This document shows, piece by piece, positions 9,799 to 20,084 of a DNA stretch of 64,000 nucleotides. A program made the position numbers and the translations under genes. Numbering within the stretch: the stretch's first letter is position 1; every line of letters starts with the position of its first letter. Under the pieces are notes generated by a model. That model was not told the DNA's origin. It saw only the letters and a list, made by a program, of their open reading frames with translations, and did no database searches. The DNA comes from a virus: the IMG/VR virus record IMGVR_UViG_3300036770_003016; one strand, 5' to 3'.

Positions 9799-11823
9799 TT
9801 AGAATCCTGTCATCTGACCCAATACAACATATTCGTTACCGCTAATACCGGTGCAAAGTATGCTAAATGTTACCACATCTATTCCAGTGTTAGTTGGTGT
9901 TGGAAGAGTATTGCCTTGCCATATGAGTGTTTTTGCACTACCTTCAATTTGAACAGCACTAGGATATCCAGGAGTTCCTGTTTGTTCTATAACTATGGTT
10001 AATACAGTAGCATAACCTTCGGCCAAGTTTAAATTAGTAAAGTTAGCAGTCCAGTTACCACTTACTGATGTGCAGTAAGATATGTATCCAGTGCTACAAT
10101 CAAAATCTGATGTAAATCCGCCACCATCTCCAGCTCTGATGGTTAAAACTTCGTGAACACCGTCTTCAATTTTAAGAACATTTGTTGTTATATTTCCAAC
10201 GGTTAATAAGTTACTGTCTGTTCGATAGGATAAATCTGTATCTGCTCTTACAACCACAGATCCAGTTGTAGCATCTACGAATGTTGGATACATCGTAGTG
10301 GTTAAACCATTTGTAGCCAATATGTCAACTGTTGCGGCATTCCCAGTAAATGCCGTGCTTTGATTTGTATTATCTGGAAATGTTAAAGTTAAATCTCTAT
10401 TAAATTGCCAAAACCCAGCTCCAGTAAAAGCAATCGCCAAAGTGTCATTGTAAGATTCAAGACCCGTTTCATTTATCCAAGTATTTGTTGTTTCTGAATC
10501 ACCTGGTTTCAAATCAATTTGTGGTAATGTTAAAGAACCACCTTGAAATATATAAGATACTGGAATACCACTTGTTTGTTCTATCACAAATGGTTCAGAA
10601 ACAGATAAATTGCCAGTTTCAGTTAATATAACAGAATATGAATTGTTTGATAACGTAGATGTTGATATTGTAAGAGTGTTTGCATAATCATAAGCATCTT
10701 GTGCTAATACATTTGCTGAATTTGCTATAGTAGAAATACTACTTATAATATTTGAATTATCGGTTAAATCTGCAACATCTTGTATATAATTTGCAACAAC
10801 CAAATACCAAATGTTTTCTTCTATTTTAATCAAGCGAGCAAAACTTCTGGCAGGTATAAACCATGATGCTCTTGCTTCTCCAGATCCAACAGCATAAATT
10901 TGAGCTTCAACTTCTTCAATGTGTTGAACTCTTTCAACTGTTATTCCAATACTTTCAGTTATAATTCCAACTTCTGAACCTATTGGAAAATCTAAGTCAC
11001 TGTCTCTTGGTACTGATATTGTCATATCATAACCACGAAGAATTCTCTTAGAATCAATTGATCTTATTGTATAGTTATCATTATCAAGCCAAACAACAGG
11101 CCAATCTAGTGGAACTGATGCAGTAATTTGAGTTGTTCCATCTTCAAAAATAACACCAACTTGATTAGAAGTATCAATCAATTCTCTAGTGTAAGCAAAA
11201 GAACCATTTGCACCCCCAACACCACCTAAATCCCATTGTGTAAATTTTACTTTATAATACTTATCATTTGTAATATCGTGCATAACCAATTCTGCACCAA
11301 CAATGTTACTTCCTACTTTTTTTCTTAATGCTTCTGTAAAAGTTCTATAGTGTCTAAATTTAACATTGTCAAGATTACTCCAACCAGTCCAATTCCATTC
11401 TGTATTTGCTGGACTTACATCTCTATTAAAACTTACTTCTACGGCAGAGTTATAAATTCCTTGTCCATTGTTTGCCCTTGCAAGAGAAAGACCAGTGTCT
11501 ATAACATCAGAAATATCCGTATTTGCTGCTCGTGTAAAAGTAATTATATTAGATGTAGGTTCATGTCTTTCAGTAAGTTCTATATGTGTGTATATTACTG
11601 TATTTGCAGCTGCTTGAGCTGTTGTATATGCTAAATTTGCTTTTTCTCGAGCTACAGGATCTACTTGCGTATCTGAAACAATACTATTGGCATAATTATA
11701 AGATGCTTGTGCAATATTATAAACTTCAGTAAAATTATCATTTACTTTAATAAATGCTGTACGCAGAGGATCACCTGTACCAGTATTTGGCCCTGTGCCT
11801 ATGTTAATTGTTTGTTTTGCCAT
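9799..11823 (-). CDS. Virion fibre-like protein with gp9/gp10-type N-terminal anchor
   Basis: N-terminus MAKQTINIGTGPNTGTGDPLRTAFIKVNDNFTEVY resembles T4 gp10 (MKQNINIG..DGTGDYLR.G..KINENF.E.Y). Confidence 0.7.
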   Translation of the reverse strand: MAKQTINIGTGPNTGTGDPLRTAFIKVNDNFTEVYNIAQASYNYANSIVSDTQVDPVAREKANLAYTTAQAAANTVIYTHIELTERHEPTSNIITFTRAANTDISDVIDTGLSLARANNGQGIYNSAVEVSFNRDVSPANTEWNWTGWSNLDNVKFRHYRTFTEALRKKVGSNIVGAELVMHDITNDKYYKVKFTQWDLGGVGGANGSFAYTRELIDTSNQVGVIFEDGTTQITASVPLDWPVVWLDNDNYTIRSIDSKRILRGYDMTISVPRDSDLDFPIGSEVGIITESIGITVERVQHIEEVEAQIYAVGSGEARASWFIPARSFARLIKIEENIWYLVVANYIQDVADLTDNSNIISSISTIANSANVLAQDAYDYANTLTISTSTLSNNSYSVILTETGNLSVSEPFVIEQTSGIPVSYIFQGGSLTLPQIDLKPGDSETTNTWINETGLESYNDTLAIAFTGAGFWQFNRDLTLTFPDNTNQSTAFTGNAATVDILATNGLTTTMYPTFVDATTGSVVVRADTDLSYRTDSNLLTVGNITTNVLKIEDGVHEVLTIRAGDGGGFTSDFDCSTGYISYCTSVSGNWTANFTNLNLAEGYATVLTIVIEQTGTPGYPSAVQIEGSAKTLIWQGNTLPTPTNTGIDVVTFSILCTGISGNEYVVLGQMTGF

Positions 11824-12719
11824 TATTGTTTATCCGTAGTTATAATAATTGAATCTGTAGAAAAAATTGTAGAATCTGTTGTAAATAAAGAAATAATATT
11901 ATTTGAATATTGTTGAGCATTAAAATATTCAGTTATTGTTTCAGTAAAACCAAATCCATCATCTGGTTCAGCATCTAATGGATTAGATTGAACTTCAACT
12001 TTTGCAGTTTTAGTATTCAAAGTAGGATCAACATATACATTACCTATAACTCCACCAAATCCACCTGTACCATCTAGACCACCTACATCACTATATTGAC
12101 CAATTAAACCACCACCAACTTTAACTGGTGGCCATATGTAACCTTTTGCAGTAAATGATAAGTCCCAAATAATAAGTCTTGTTGTTGACATATCACCTTC
12201 ATAATCAACATTTGATGTTACAGAATTCAATATGATTGGCATATCATATTTTTGTTCAAATGCATTTATAAAATCAACTGTTACAGTAAAATCTGGTGTA
12301 AAAAATGGAAGTATCTGTTCAAGTATTTGAGTACCGTCTTCTGTGTGTCTAACAAATATAGACAAAGAAAATTCAAAATTATATGGTACTGGAACAAACT
12401 GTGTACTTAAACCACTCTCAGAATTATATGCAAAATTTTGTAAAAGACTTTGTTGTTTTCTAGATATGTCATATGACAAACTATCAAGATTGAAAGACAT
12501 TCTTGGTACTACTGTGTTTACAGATTTTGTTAAATTTGGATCAGAAAGAATTCGTGTTAAATATTTTTCTTTAGCACCATAAGATAATGGTACAGTCATT
12601 TTTAATTGTGGTTGATTGGCTTTATTAAAACGAATAATTTCTAAATCATTAAAAAGTGTGCCAAATGCTACAACAACTTTTCTTATAGTTCGATTATAAA
12701 AATGTGGGTTACCTAACAT
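11823..12719 (-). CDS. gp15: Tail sheath stabiliser / tail terminator
   Basis: HFYN.TIRK.VVAFGTLFN, VPLSYG.KEK, PRMSF, QILEQILPFF.PDF. Confidence 0.95.
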   Translation of the reverse strand: MLGNPHFYNRTIRKVVVAFGTLFNDLEIIRFNKANQPQLKMTVPLSYGAKEKYLTRILSDPNLTKSVNTVVPRMSFNLDSLSYDISRKQQSLLQNFAYNSESGLSTQFVPVPYNFEFSLSIFVRHTEDGTQILEQILPFFTPDFTVTVDFINAFEQKYDMPIILNSVTSNVDYEGDMSTTRLIIWDLSFTAKGYIWPPVKVGGGLIGQYSDVGGLDGTGGFGGVIGNVYVDPTLNTKTAKVEVQSNPLDAEPDDGFGFTETITEYFNAQQYSNNIISLFTTDSTIFSTDSIIITTDKQ

Positions 12720-13621
12720 TAACCTTCTCCAAATGGATTTTTTTCAGACCAATCTAATATTTCATCACTCTCAGTTTGTATACGATTGTTGTCTATAATA
12801 TCTTCAAATGCATTATCTAAAGTGGCAAAGTCTGAAATTATATTTGAAGTGTAAATTGAACCAGAAGTATTGCCAATTAAACTACCTGATCCAAAAGTAC
12901 CGTTTACTCTATAAAGTTCAACAAATTTATTTGGGCCATTTGTTACAGAACTATAAACTAAAGCTTGTGCTGTTGCATTTGCTAAATCTGTTCCTTGGTA
13001 AACAATTTCATCATTTATATATTGGCCAGAACCGCTTGATAATGTAATTTTTGTTCTTGCATAACTATCTCTAATTTGACTATCAATTTCTTCTATGCCA
13101 GTTTCTACAATCTCATTAGAGAAAACAAATTGTTTTAATTTAAGAGCATATACATAAACATTACCACCACGACCTCTGCCTAAAGTATAGAACATAGCCT
13201 GATCATTTTCATGTTCTACAAATGTAATCTCAAAAAAATTCTCAACTAAAGGTATGTAAACTAAATCGCCTTCTCTTGGTCGTATTAGATTAGACCCGGC
13301 TGTAGCAAATTTAAATCTTCTTCTAGATACTAATAATTGAACTTCATCACGAATCTCTAAACCAAATTTAGAAATAAAATCACCTTCACCATCCATGCCA
13401 GAGACATTCTCTAGATACATTTCAATTGAATGAGCTCTAGTAAATTGTTTTAGTGGTTCATCTCCAAACAAATAGTCTGTTTCTGATTCATTAGATTTAG
13501 GTAAATAATATACATCCATACCATGTATCTGCATGGCCTCAATTACAAGGTCTTCTACAAGAAGTTGTTCTTGTGTTATATGATTTGCTGGAAAATTGTT
13601 AAAATAGAAATTTGTTGCCAC
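12719..13621 (-). CDS. gp14: Neck protein
   Basis: EQ.LVEDLVIE..QIHG.DVYYLP, SKFGLEIRDE, RPREGDLVY.P, NPFGE. Confidence 0.95.
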   Translation of the reverse strand: MATNFYFNNFPANHITQEQLLVEDLVIEAMQIHGMDVYYLPKSNESETDYLFGDEPLKQFTRAHSIEMYLENVSGMDGEGDFISKFGLEIRDEVQLLVSRRRFKFATAGSNLIRPREGDLVYIPLVENFFEITFVEHENDQAMFYTLGRGRGGNVYVYALKLKQFVFSNEIVETGIEEIDSQIRDSYARTKITLSSGSGQYINDEIVYQGTDLANATAQALVYSSVTNGPNKFVELYRVNGTFGSGSLIGNTSGSIYTSNIISDFATLDNAFEDIIDNNRIQTESDEILDWSEKNPFGEG

Positions 13622-13624
13622 AAT

Positions 13625-14578
13625 TTATCCAATAAAGATTTCAGAAGGAAGAGATCCCATCTGATACATTTCTTCTTCTATCTTACTTAGTTCTTCTTGT
13701 GCTTCTTGCATGATACGAGGGCCATCTAATGTAACTCCACCAGGTAATTGTATACCTGCAAACTTACTTAAATTAGTTCCCCATTGATATTTAATTTTTG
13801 CAGTAGCGTATCGTTTTAAAAATCTGTCATTCCAAACATCTGTATTTCCAGCAACTGTCATAGATACATTTGAACCAGATTGTGTTGGTTCATATACCAA
13901 TTCTATTTCTGTTGGAGATTTTATTTTACGGACTTGAAGACTTTCATTGCCAAAACTCACAACATCGTTTTCAACAATTTCTTGATCAAAAATTGTGTTA
14001 GTTCCAATTACAATTTTAGATGTGTTATCTAATGTAACTGTACCTGTAAGGTTTATAACATCTGGTATTAACTTACGATAACATTCTACAATTACATATT
14101 CACCAACATCTAAATCTCTTGTCCAATCTATGTCAAGAAACAATTTGTTTTGTTTACGATTGAATCTAAATTGTGGAGTACCAGAGAAAAGAAGATTGAG
14201 TGTTGTGATATGTTGCATTGTTATTTCATAAGACACATAAGATACCGATGTAAAATCATACAGATCATGAAGTCTTAATTGGTAACGCAGATCAAACATA
14301 TTGATTGATGAATTTGAGTCATCAAATCTTAATACACCAGTTACAAAAGTTACGGGATCTGGGCAGTAAATCCAACGACGATCAATATCAGCTTGAGTGA
14401 TTTGATGTTTCATATACAATTTTTCTGTACCATCATAGTGATAGTCTTGAAAAAACTGTAATGCATCATCTATACGATCATCAATTTGATCATCATCAAC
14501 ATTTATATCGATTACTGGCCATCCTAATCTACGAAGACAATAATCTTTAAATTGTGCTCTAGTTGTTGGTGTAGACAT
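13625..14578 (-). CDS. gp13: Neck protein
   Basis: YCLRRLG.PVIDINVDDDQ, QWG.NL.KF.G.QLPGGVTLDG. Confidence 0.95.
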   Translation of the reverse strand: MSTPTTRAQFKDYCLRRLGWPVIDINVDDDQIDDRIDDALQFFQDYHYDGTEKLYMKHQITQADIDRRWIYCPDPVTFVTGVLRFDDSNSSINMFDLRYQLRLHDLYDFTSVSYVSYEITMQHITTLNLLFSGTPQFRFNRKQNKLFLDIDWTRDLDVGEYVIVECYRKLIPDVINLTGTVTLDNTSKIVIGTNTIFDQEIVENDVVSFGNESLQVRKIKSPTEIELVYEPTQSGSNVSMTVAGNTDVWNDRFLKRYATAKIKYQWGTNLSKFAGIQLPGGVTLDGPRIMQEAQEELSKIEEEMYQMGSLPSEIFIG

Positions 14579-14601
14579 ATAAAACCCTTTGTTTTATAGT
14601 C

Positions 14602-14609
14602 TATTTATA
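14602..14609 (-). promoter_or_regulatory. Late promoter TATAAATA for the gp13-17 operon
   Basis: Exact consensus in intergenic region upstream of gp13. Confidence 0.8.
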
Positions 14610-14620
14610 CGAACAATAAT

Positions 14621-15388
14621 TTAAAGCTTTCTAATAATATCTTCTTCTATACATTCTTTTCCATACTGTATTTCAATAATACATAAATTATCTTTACCTA
14701 CATTTTCTAACCTGTGCCATTTTTTAAGTTCAACGAAATAACTGTCATGTTTTTGAATATTTTTTACTAAAACTTCTTCGTCATTAATCAATGTCGTTAT
14801 TTTACCAAACCCTTCTTCAACAAACCAAAACTCATTTCTGTTTTCATGGTATTGCATTGAAATTGATTTGCCAGGTTCCAATATCAATCTTTTAATCTTT
14901 GTTGTTTTAGAATCATAATATGTCATAAATTTACCCCATACTCTATTTTCGGTAGGGTGTTTCCATTCAGACAATATCCAACTAGAACTATTCTTTTTAT
15001 TTTCGCCACCTACACCAAATTTAAATTCTACTTGAGGATCGTCTTTAAAATTATTCATTTCTGGTATGTTGGTTTTTGTTCTATCTCCACCATTTGCAAA
15101 TATGATTTTTTGTTTTGGGAACATACTTTTTACTACAGAGATAGAATCACAAGCAGATCCATCAGAGTCATTAAAACCTATCGCCAACATCACGCCCTTT
15201 ATATTTTTAACTATATTAATTCTCTCTTCAAATGGCATGAATGCTTGGCCTTTTTTCTTTATCAACCACTCATCACTATTAACACCCACAACAACTCTTC
15301 CATAATTTTGAGCATCATGTATATAAGAAATATGCCCAGAATGAATGGGGTCAAAACCTCCAGTTACTATAACGATATTGTCTTTCAT
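14621..15388 (-). CDS. Cytidylyltransferase-family nucleotidyltransferase fused to mannose-6-phosphate-isomerase-type cupin
   Basis: TGGFDPIHSGH (HIGH motif), NSDEWL..KKG, FANGGDR; C-terminal RVWG, SMQYH..R.E.W, WHRLEN, EIQYG..C.EEDI. Confidence 0.9.
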   Translation of the reverse strand: MKDNIVIVTGGFDPIHSGHISYIHDAQNYGRVVVGVNSDEWLIKKKGQAFMPFEERINIVKNIKGVMLAIGFNDSDGSACDSISVVKSMFPKQKIIFANGGDRTKTNIPEMNNFKDDPQVEFKFGVGGENKKNSSSWILSEWKHPTENRVWGKFMTYYDSKTTKIKRLILEPGKSISMQYHENRNEFWFVEEGFGKITTLINDEEVLVKNIQKHDSYFVELKKWHRLENVGKDNLCIIEIQYGKECIEEDIIRKL

Positions 15389-16938
15389 AATTTTTTTGAA
15401 GATAAAAAACTACCTTTTTTATTTAACAGAGATTCAATTTTTGTTTTGCGTTTTTTCATTTCTTCAGATGAATTACTTGGATTACCAAACAAAAATGATT
15501 TCATTTTTTTATAAGTATCGTCAATTCTGAAAATTCTATCCCAATTTTCATATTGATTTTTACCAGTCCAACCAATATTGTGTATAAATTTAGATTTAAT
15601 TTCTGGGTGTTGAAAAGTACAGTTAGGATCAGACTGTATTCCTCCTTTACCATACTTGGAATTTAAATTTACATATTTTAAATCAGTTTCTTTTAATGAC
15701 TTAAAAACTACAAATCCATCATATGGTTCACCCATAGGAAGAAGTCTTTCAAATTTATAATTTTCTATAAAAGCTTCATTGAATATTTTAATGTCATTAT
15801 GTTTACCATTAAAAATTAAAATACCACTTTCAACATGATTTAAATCCCAATTTTCTTCTACTTGACAAGCTAAAAAATTATCTCCCAAAATATTTTTTGG
15901 AAAATTTGTATAATCGGCTTGTTTAAATACGCAATCTCCATCAAGCCAAATTAAATAATCGTCATTATGTTTTTGTAATACATCTTGAATAACAAAAGAT
16001 TTATAACTAAATCTCTCTATCATTGTTTTTACATAATCAGCATGTTTTGATTTTTTTCTCAATTCTTTTTTCCAACTGTCATGATGTGGTATTTCTGTAT
16101 TAAAATCTACATATGTGATATTAGGATGATTTATTTGTGGTACATTTCCTTCATAATAAATTTTAGCTTTAAAAGAAGTATAAAAATTTGAAACTTGTAT
16201 AAATGTTTCTATCCATTTTTTACCATACAATAAAAAACCATTTTCATTAAATGTTGTAAAAAATAATATATTGTTAGATTGGTTTCTTTTTTCTTGCATT
16301 ATTAAATTAGACATTCTCCAAGAATCATAATCATTTAAATGATTCATATTACTAGCTGCATGATGAATAAAAATATTTTTTTCTATTAGTAATTCATTAT
16401 TTAAAAATTGAACATCTTCATTGTCAATATAATTATTTCCTATAACAGAATAGTATTCACGCACTGCTCGATGTAAATTATGCATACCATATGATTGTGT
16501 ATCTTTATCTGTTATTGATTTTGCTTCTTCAATCATATAGTCTAATGCTAATTTTAAAACTGGATGATTTCTTTCAGCTCCAAAAAAGAAATTAGCTATG
16601 TTGTCTAATTCTTTCATGAATACTGCTTTTACTTTACCATTTACAAACTCATTTAAATTTTTCTTACAAGTAACATCCAAATCTGAATAGTAACCTCCAT
16701 AAATATAAATTACTGCTAAACGCCAAAAATCTGCTCGCATAATTGGTTGTGGCAATGATTCATACAACCTATGCACTTCTTCTCCAAAATTCTGTAATAT
16801 AAAAGCAGAACACATTTCATCACTACTAATTTTTCTTTTTAAATGTGGATTACTATACTTCCAAGAATTGTATTGATTCTTTAAAGACTTTGGAATATCT
16901 TCAGTTTTCCAAGTTTGCCATAATATATTAGGTATCAT
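15385..16938 (-). CDS. Two-domain glycosyltransferase (GT32/Och1-like DXD domain + second GT-A-like domain)
   Basis: MIP..LWQTWK, RADFWRL..IY.YGG.YSDLD; second domain RFSYK, LIWLDGD, ESG. Confidence 0.85.
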   Translation of the reverse strand: MIPNILWQTWKTEDIPKSLKNQYNSWKYSNPHLKRKISSDEMCSAFILQNFGEEVHRLYESLPQPIMRADFWRLAVIYIYGGYYSDLDVTCKKNLNEFVNGKVKAVFMKELDNIANFFFGAERNHPVLKLALDYMIEEAKSITDKDTQSYGMHNLHRAVREYYSVIGNNYIDNEDVQFLNNELLIEKNIFIHHAASNMNHLNDYDSWRMSNLIMQEKRNQSNNILFFTTFNENGFLLYGKKWIETFIQVSNFYTSFKAKIYYEGNVPQINHPNITYVDFNTEIPHHDSWKKELRKKSKHADYVKTMIERFSYKSFVIQDVLQKHNDDYLIWLDGDCVFKQADYTNFPKNILGDNFLACQVEENWDLNHVESGILIFNGKHNDIKIFNEAFIENYKFERLLPMGEPYDGFVVFKSLKETDLKYVNLNSKYGKGGIQSDPNCTFQHPEIKSKFIHNIGWTGKNQYENWDRIFRIDDTYKKMKSFLFGNPSNSSEEMKKRKTKIESLLNKKGSFLSSKKL

Positions 16939-17654
16939 TTTTGAATATACTCTTTATTTAAATCTTTCAAAGTAAAAGTATTTAAATTATTTGTTACTGT
17001 TGACAACTTTAAATTTTCTTGAGTTTTTTCTGTAGAAATTCTTTGAGCAGTTTTTAATGGTCCTAAAATATTCATGACTTCAGCTGGAGCTGCATTTGGT
17101 GAGATCATATTTGCTCTATTTTGTAGAGTCAACAATAAAGATTCTTCTTGATGTGTATTTACATTTTGTGTGTCAAAAGAACCATCATCAAGTTCAGCTT
17201 TTATTTTAGACCAAAGATCAAGTTCACGAATTCTATCTTTAGCAACTAATTGCATGTTGGCTCTACCATAAAGTTTTTGTTCAATTTCAATTTGAATAAG
17301 TTCTTTCTCTAATTCATCTTCTTCTTTTTCTAAATTTCTTTGAAGTTTTTTAATCTCTATTTCGTTTTTACGATATTCAAAAGAAAGTTGCATTGTAGTT
17401 TCAAAAAAAGCATTTTGCTCACGGACACATTGCCAATATTTTGATGCATTAGTTGGAAATTTAGCATCATTTAAAACCGACACTCTCATTTCCGTTTCAG
17501 TTCTAAAAATTTGTTTTTTGGACCATGTATCTTTTAGTTCGTCTTTGAGTTTTACCAATTTAGAGAAATCGTCTTCATCAAGAATATTAATTAAAAATTC
17601 TTTTTGATTGGCAAAAGTTGGTATTATATTACGCAATTCATTGTTGTTTTCCAT
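16935..17654 (-). CDS. Hypothetical coiled-coil protein
   Basis: 239-aa helical ORF with AGGA SD, ATGA-coupled to the glycosyltransferase. Confidence 0.75.
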   Translation of the reverse strand: MENNNELRNIIPTFANQKEFLINILDEDDFSKLVKLKDELKDTWSKKQIFRTETEMRVSVLNDAKFPTNASKYWQCVREQNAFFETTMQLSFEYRKNEIEIKKLQRNLEKEEDELEKELIQIEIEQKLYGRANMQLVAKDRIRELDLWSKIKAELDDGSFDTQNVNTHQEESLLLTLQNRANMISPNAAPAEVMNILGPLKTAQRISTEKTQENLKLSTVTNNLNTFTLKDLNKEYIQK

Positions 17655-17680
17655 ATTAAATCCTATAAAAATTATGTAAA

Positions 17681-18715
17681 TTATATTGTATTTATTGCAG
17701 GTACAATTTGATTGTATTCTTCTGTTGAAGATGATGGATAACCAAAACTATCCCCACCAAAAGTTAATGCTGCATTTTGAATGCCAGCACCAGCATGTTC
17801 TACTCTAGCTTGAATTAAATTACCACCAGCTGACCATGATGTACCATCGTATTCTTCTGTTAATGAAAGACGACCCCAATTATAACCACCAAAAGCTAAT
17901 CCTGCGTCTGCGGTACCAGCACCAACTAGAGAATCTCTACCTGTACTTAAATTACCACCAGCTGACCATGATGTACCATTGTATTCTTCTGTTGAGAGTG
18001 TAAGACCACTAGCCCAACCACCAAAAGCTAATGCTGCATCTTGAGTACCAGTACCAGCAAAAGAATACCTACCTGTAATTAAATTACCTCCAGCTGACCA
18101 TGATGTACCATTGTATTCTTCTGTTGAGGTTGATAACAGACCACTGGAGTTAAAACCACTAAAAGCTAATCCTGCATCTTGAGTACCAGCACCAGCATGT
18201 TCATATCTACCTGTAATTAAATTACCACCAGCTGACCATGATGTACCATTATATTCTTCTGTTGAGGATAGATAAGCATTATTTATATCAAAACCACCAA
18301 AAGCTAATCCTGCATCTTGAGTACCAGCACCAGAATGTTTATATCTACCTGTAATTAAACTACCACCAGCTGACCATGATGTACCATTGTATTCTTCTGT
18401 TGAGGATAAACGAGTAAAACCACTATTATAATTAGCAAAACCACCAAAAGCTAATGCTGCATATTGAGTACCAGCACCAGCATGTTCTAATCTAGCTTGA
18501 ATTAAATTACCACTAGTTGACCATGTTTGAGTTATAGCATAATTTAAAATTAAACCTACCGCCTTTATTTTACCTGTAGACATATTATAAAAAATATCGC
18601 CAATATCAGATACAGTTGGATTAGGCATATCGCCAATATAACTATTTACCAAACTAGAATTTTCTAAATTAGTATTTGAAATTTCTTTTGCCAATAATCG
18701 TGTTATAACGCCCAT
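17681..18715 (-). CDS. Six-bladed Kelch-like beta-propeller protein A
   Basis: Six W-S-x-GGNL-x3-R-x3-AGAGTQxAxLAFGG-(loop)-STEEY repeats. Confidence 0.85.
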   Translation of the reverse strand: MGVITRLLAKEISNTNLENSSLVNSYIGDMPNPTVSDIGDIFYNMSTGKIKAVGLILNYAITQTWSTSGNLIQARLEHAGAGTQYAALAFGGFANYNSGFTRLSSTEEYNGTSWSAGGSLITGRYKHSGAGTQDAGLAFGGFDINNAYLSSTEEYNGTSWSAGGNLITGRYEHAGAGTQDAGLAFSGFNSSGLLSTSTEEYNGTSWSAGGNLITGRYSFAGTGTQDAALAFGGWASGLTLSTEEYNGTSWSAGGNLSTGRDSLVGAGTADAGLAFGGYNWGRLSLTEEYDGTSWSAGGNLIQARVEHAGAGIQNAALTFGGDSFGYPSSSTEEYNQIVPAINTI

Positions 18716-18718
18716 TTT

Positions 18719-19750
18719 TCACTCTGATAAAAAAATTTGTTCGAATAGATCAGTATTAGCAGTAATTGAGTATTCTTCTGTTGAATTAGATGATGAACCA
18801 CTAATATACCCACCAAAAGCTAATGCTGCATATTGAGTACCAGCACCAGCATGTTCATATCTAGCTTGAATTAAATTACCACCAGTTGACCATGATGTAC
18901 CATTATATTCTTCTGTTGAGGATAGATCACTAAAATAATACCCACCAAAAACTAATCCTGCATATTGAGTACCAGCACCAGCATGACTATATCTAGTTGT
19001 AATTAAATTACCTCCAGCTGACCATGATGTACCATTGTATTCTTCTGTTGAATTACCAACAACATTAGAAGGAATCCCACCAATAGCTAATCCTGCATCT
19101 TGAGTGCCAGCACCAGCATGACTATATCTAGCTTGAATTAAATTACCACCAGTTGACCATGATGTACCATTATATTCTTCTGTTGAGGATGTAACGGTAA
19201 AAGTAACACCAGATATCCCACCAATAGCTAATGCTGCATCTTGAGTACCAGCACCAGCATGATCATATCTAGCTGTAATTAAATTACCTCCAGTTGACCA
19301 TGAAAACCCATTATATTCTTCTGTTGAGGATGTAATGGTAAAATCAACAGTAGATGTCCCACCAAAAAGTAATGCTGTATCGTGAGTACCAGCACCAGCA
19401 TGATCATATCTAGCTGTAATTAGATTACCACGGGATATCCATATTGTGCCATTATATGTTTCTGATGAGTTTCTAGCAAAAAAATCAAGCCCACCAAAAG
19501 CTAATCCTAATCCTCCATCTTGATTACCAGCACCAGCAGCAGAAATTCTGGATCGAATTAAATTACCACCAGTTGACCATGTTCCAGGTAATCTTTTTCC
19601 AGATACATATCTTAGGTTATCACCAATATTATAGGTTAACACCTGACCAAATTTTCTGTCATTTAAATCATAAAAAAATACATTTCTAAGAATAAAAGAT
19701 GAACTTTCTCCACGAATTTTGCTTGCAAATTTTCTGGTAATTGTTCCCAT
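18719..19750 (-). CDS. Six-bladed Kelch-like beta-propeller protein B
   Basis: Six repeats of the same unit. Confidence 0.85.
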   Translation of the reverse strand: MGTITRKFASKIRGESSSFILRNVFFYDLNDRKFGQVLTYNIGDNLRYVSGKRLPGTWSTGGNLIRSRISAAGAGNQDGGLGLAFGGLDFFARNSSETYNGTIWISRGNLITARYDHAGAGTHDTALLFGGTSTVDFTITSSTEEYNGFSWSTGGNLITARYDHAGAGTQDAALAIGGISGVTFTVTSSTEEYNGTSWSTGGNLIQARYSHAGAGTQDAGLAIGGIPSNVVGNSTEEYNGTSWSAGGNLITTRYSHAGAGTQYAGLVFGGYYFSDLSSTEEYNGTSWSTGGNLIQARYEHAGAGTQYAALAFGGYISGSSSNSTEEYSITANTDLFEQIFLSE

Positions 19751-19761
19751 ATTTTATTATT

Positions 19762-20070
19762 TCAAACAGGCAAATCGACAGATGTTGGTCTTTCACCTAA
19801 CATTTGTATTCTTCTATTTTTCATCTCATCTGTTTCGTTCTCTATAACTAAATTAAACTGTTCATCCCAATTGGTTTGCATAGACTCTAAACATATATTT
19901 TGAGCTTCTTCTAAAGTTTTTTCAACGCCATTAACTCTATTTTTCCATTCTAATGCAACATTATCAGCAACAGCGTAAATATTTCCAGCATGCCCACTAA
20001 AATGACCAAGTTCTCTGTCTTGATGAGTGATAAAACCTTTACCAGTATTTATTGCTTGAATATATTTCAT
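19762..20070 (-). CDS. Hypothetical protein inside the propeller cluster
   Basis: 102-aa ORF with AAGGA SD. Confidence 0.75.
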   Translation of the reverse strand: MKYIQAINTGKGFITHQDRELGHFSGHAGNIYAVADNVALEWKNRVNGVEKTLEEAQNICLESMQTNWDEQFNLVIENETDEMKNRRIQMLGERPTSVDLPV

Positions 20071-20084
20071 ATATTTTCCTTTAT

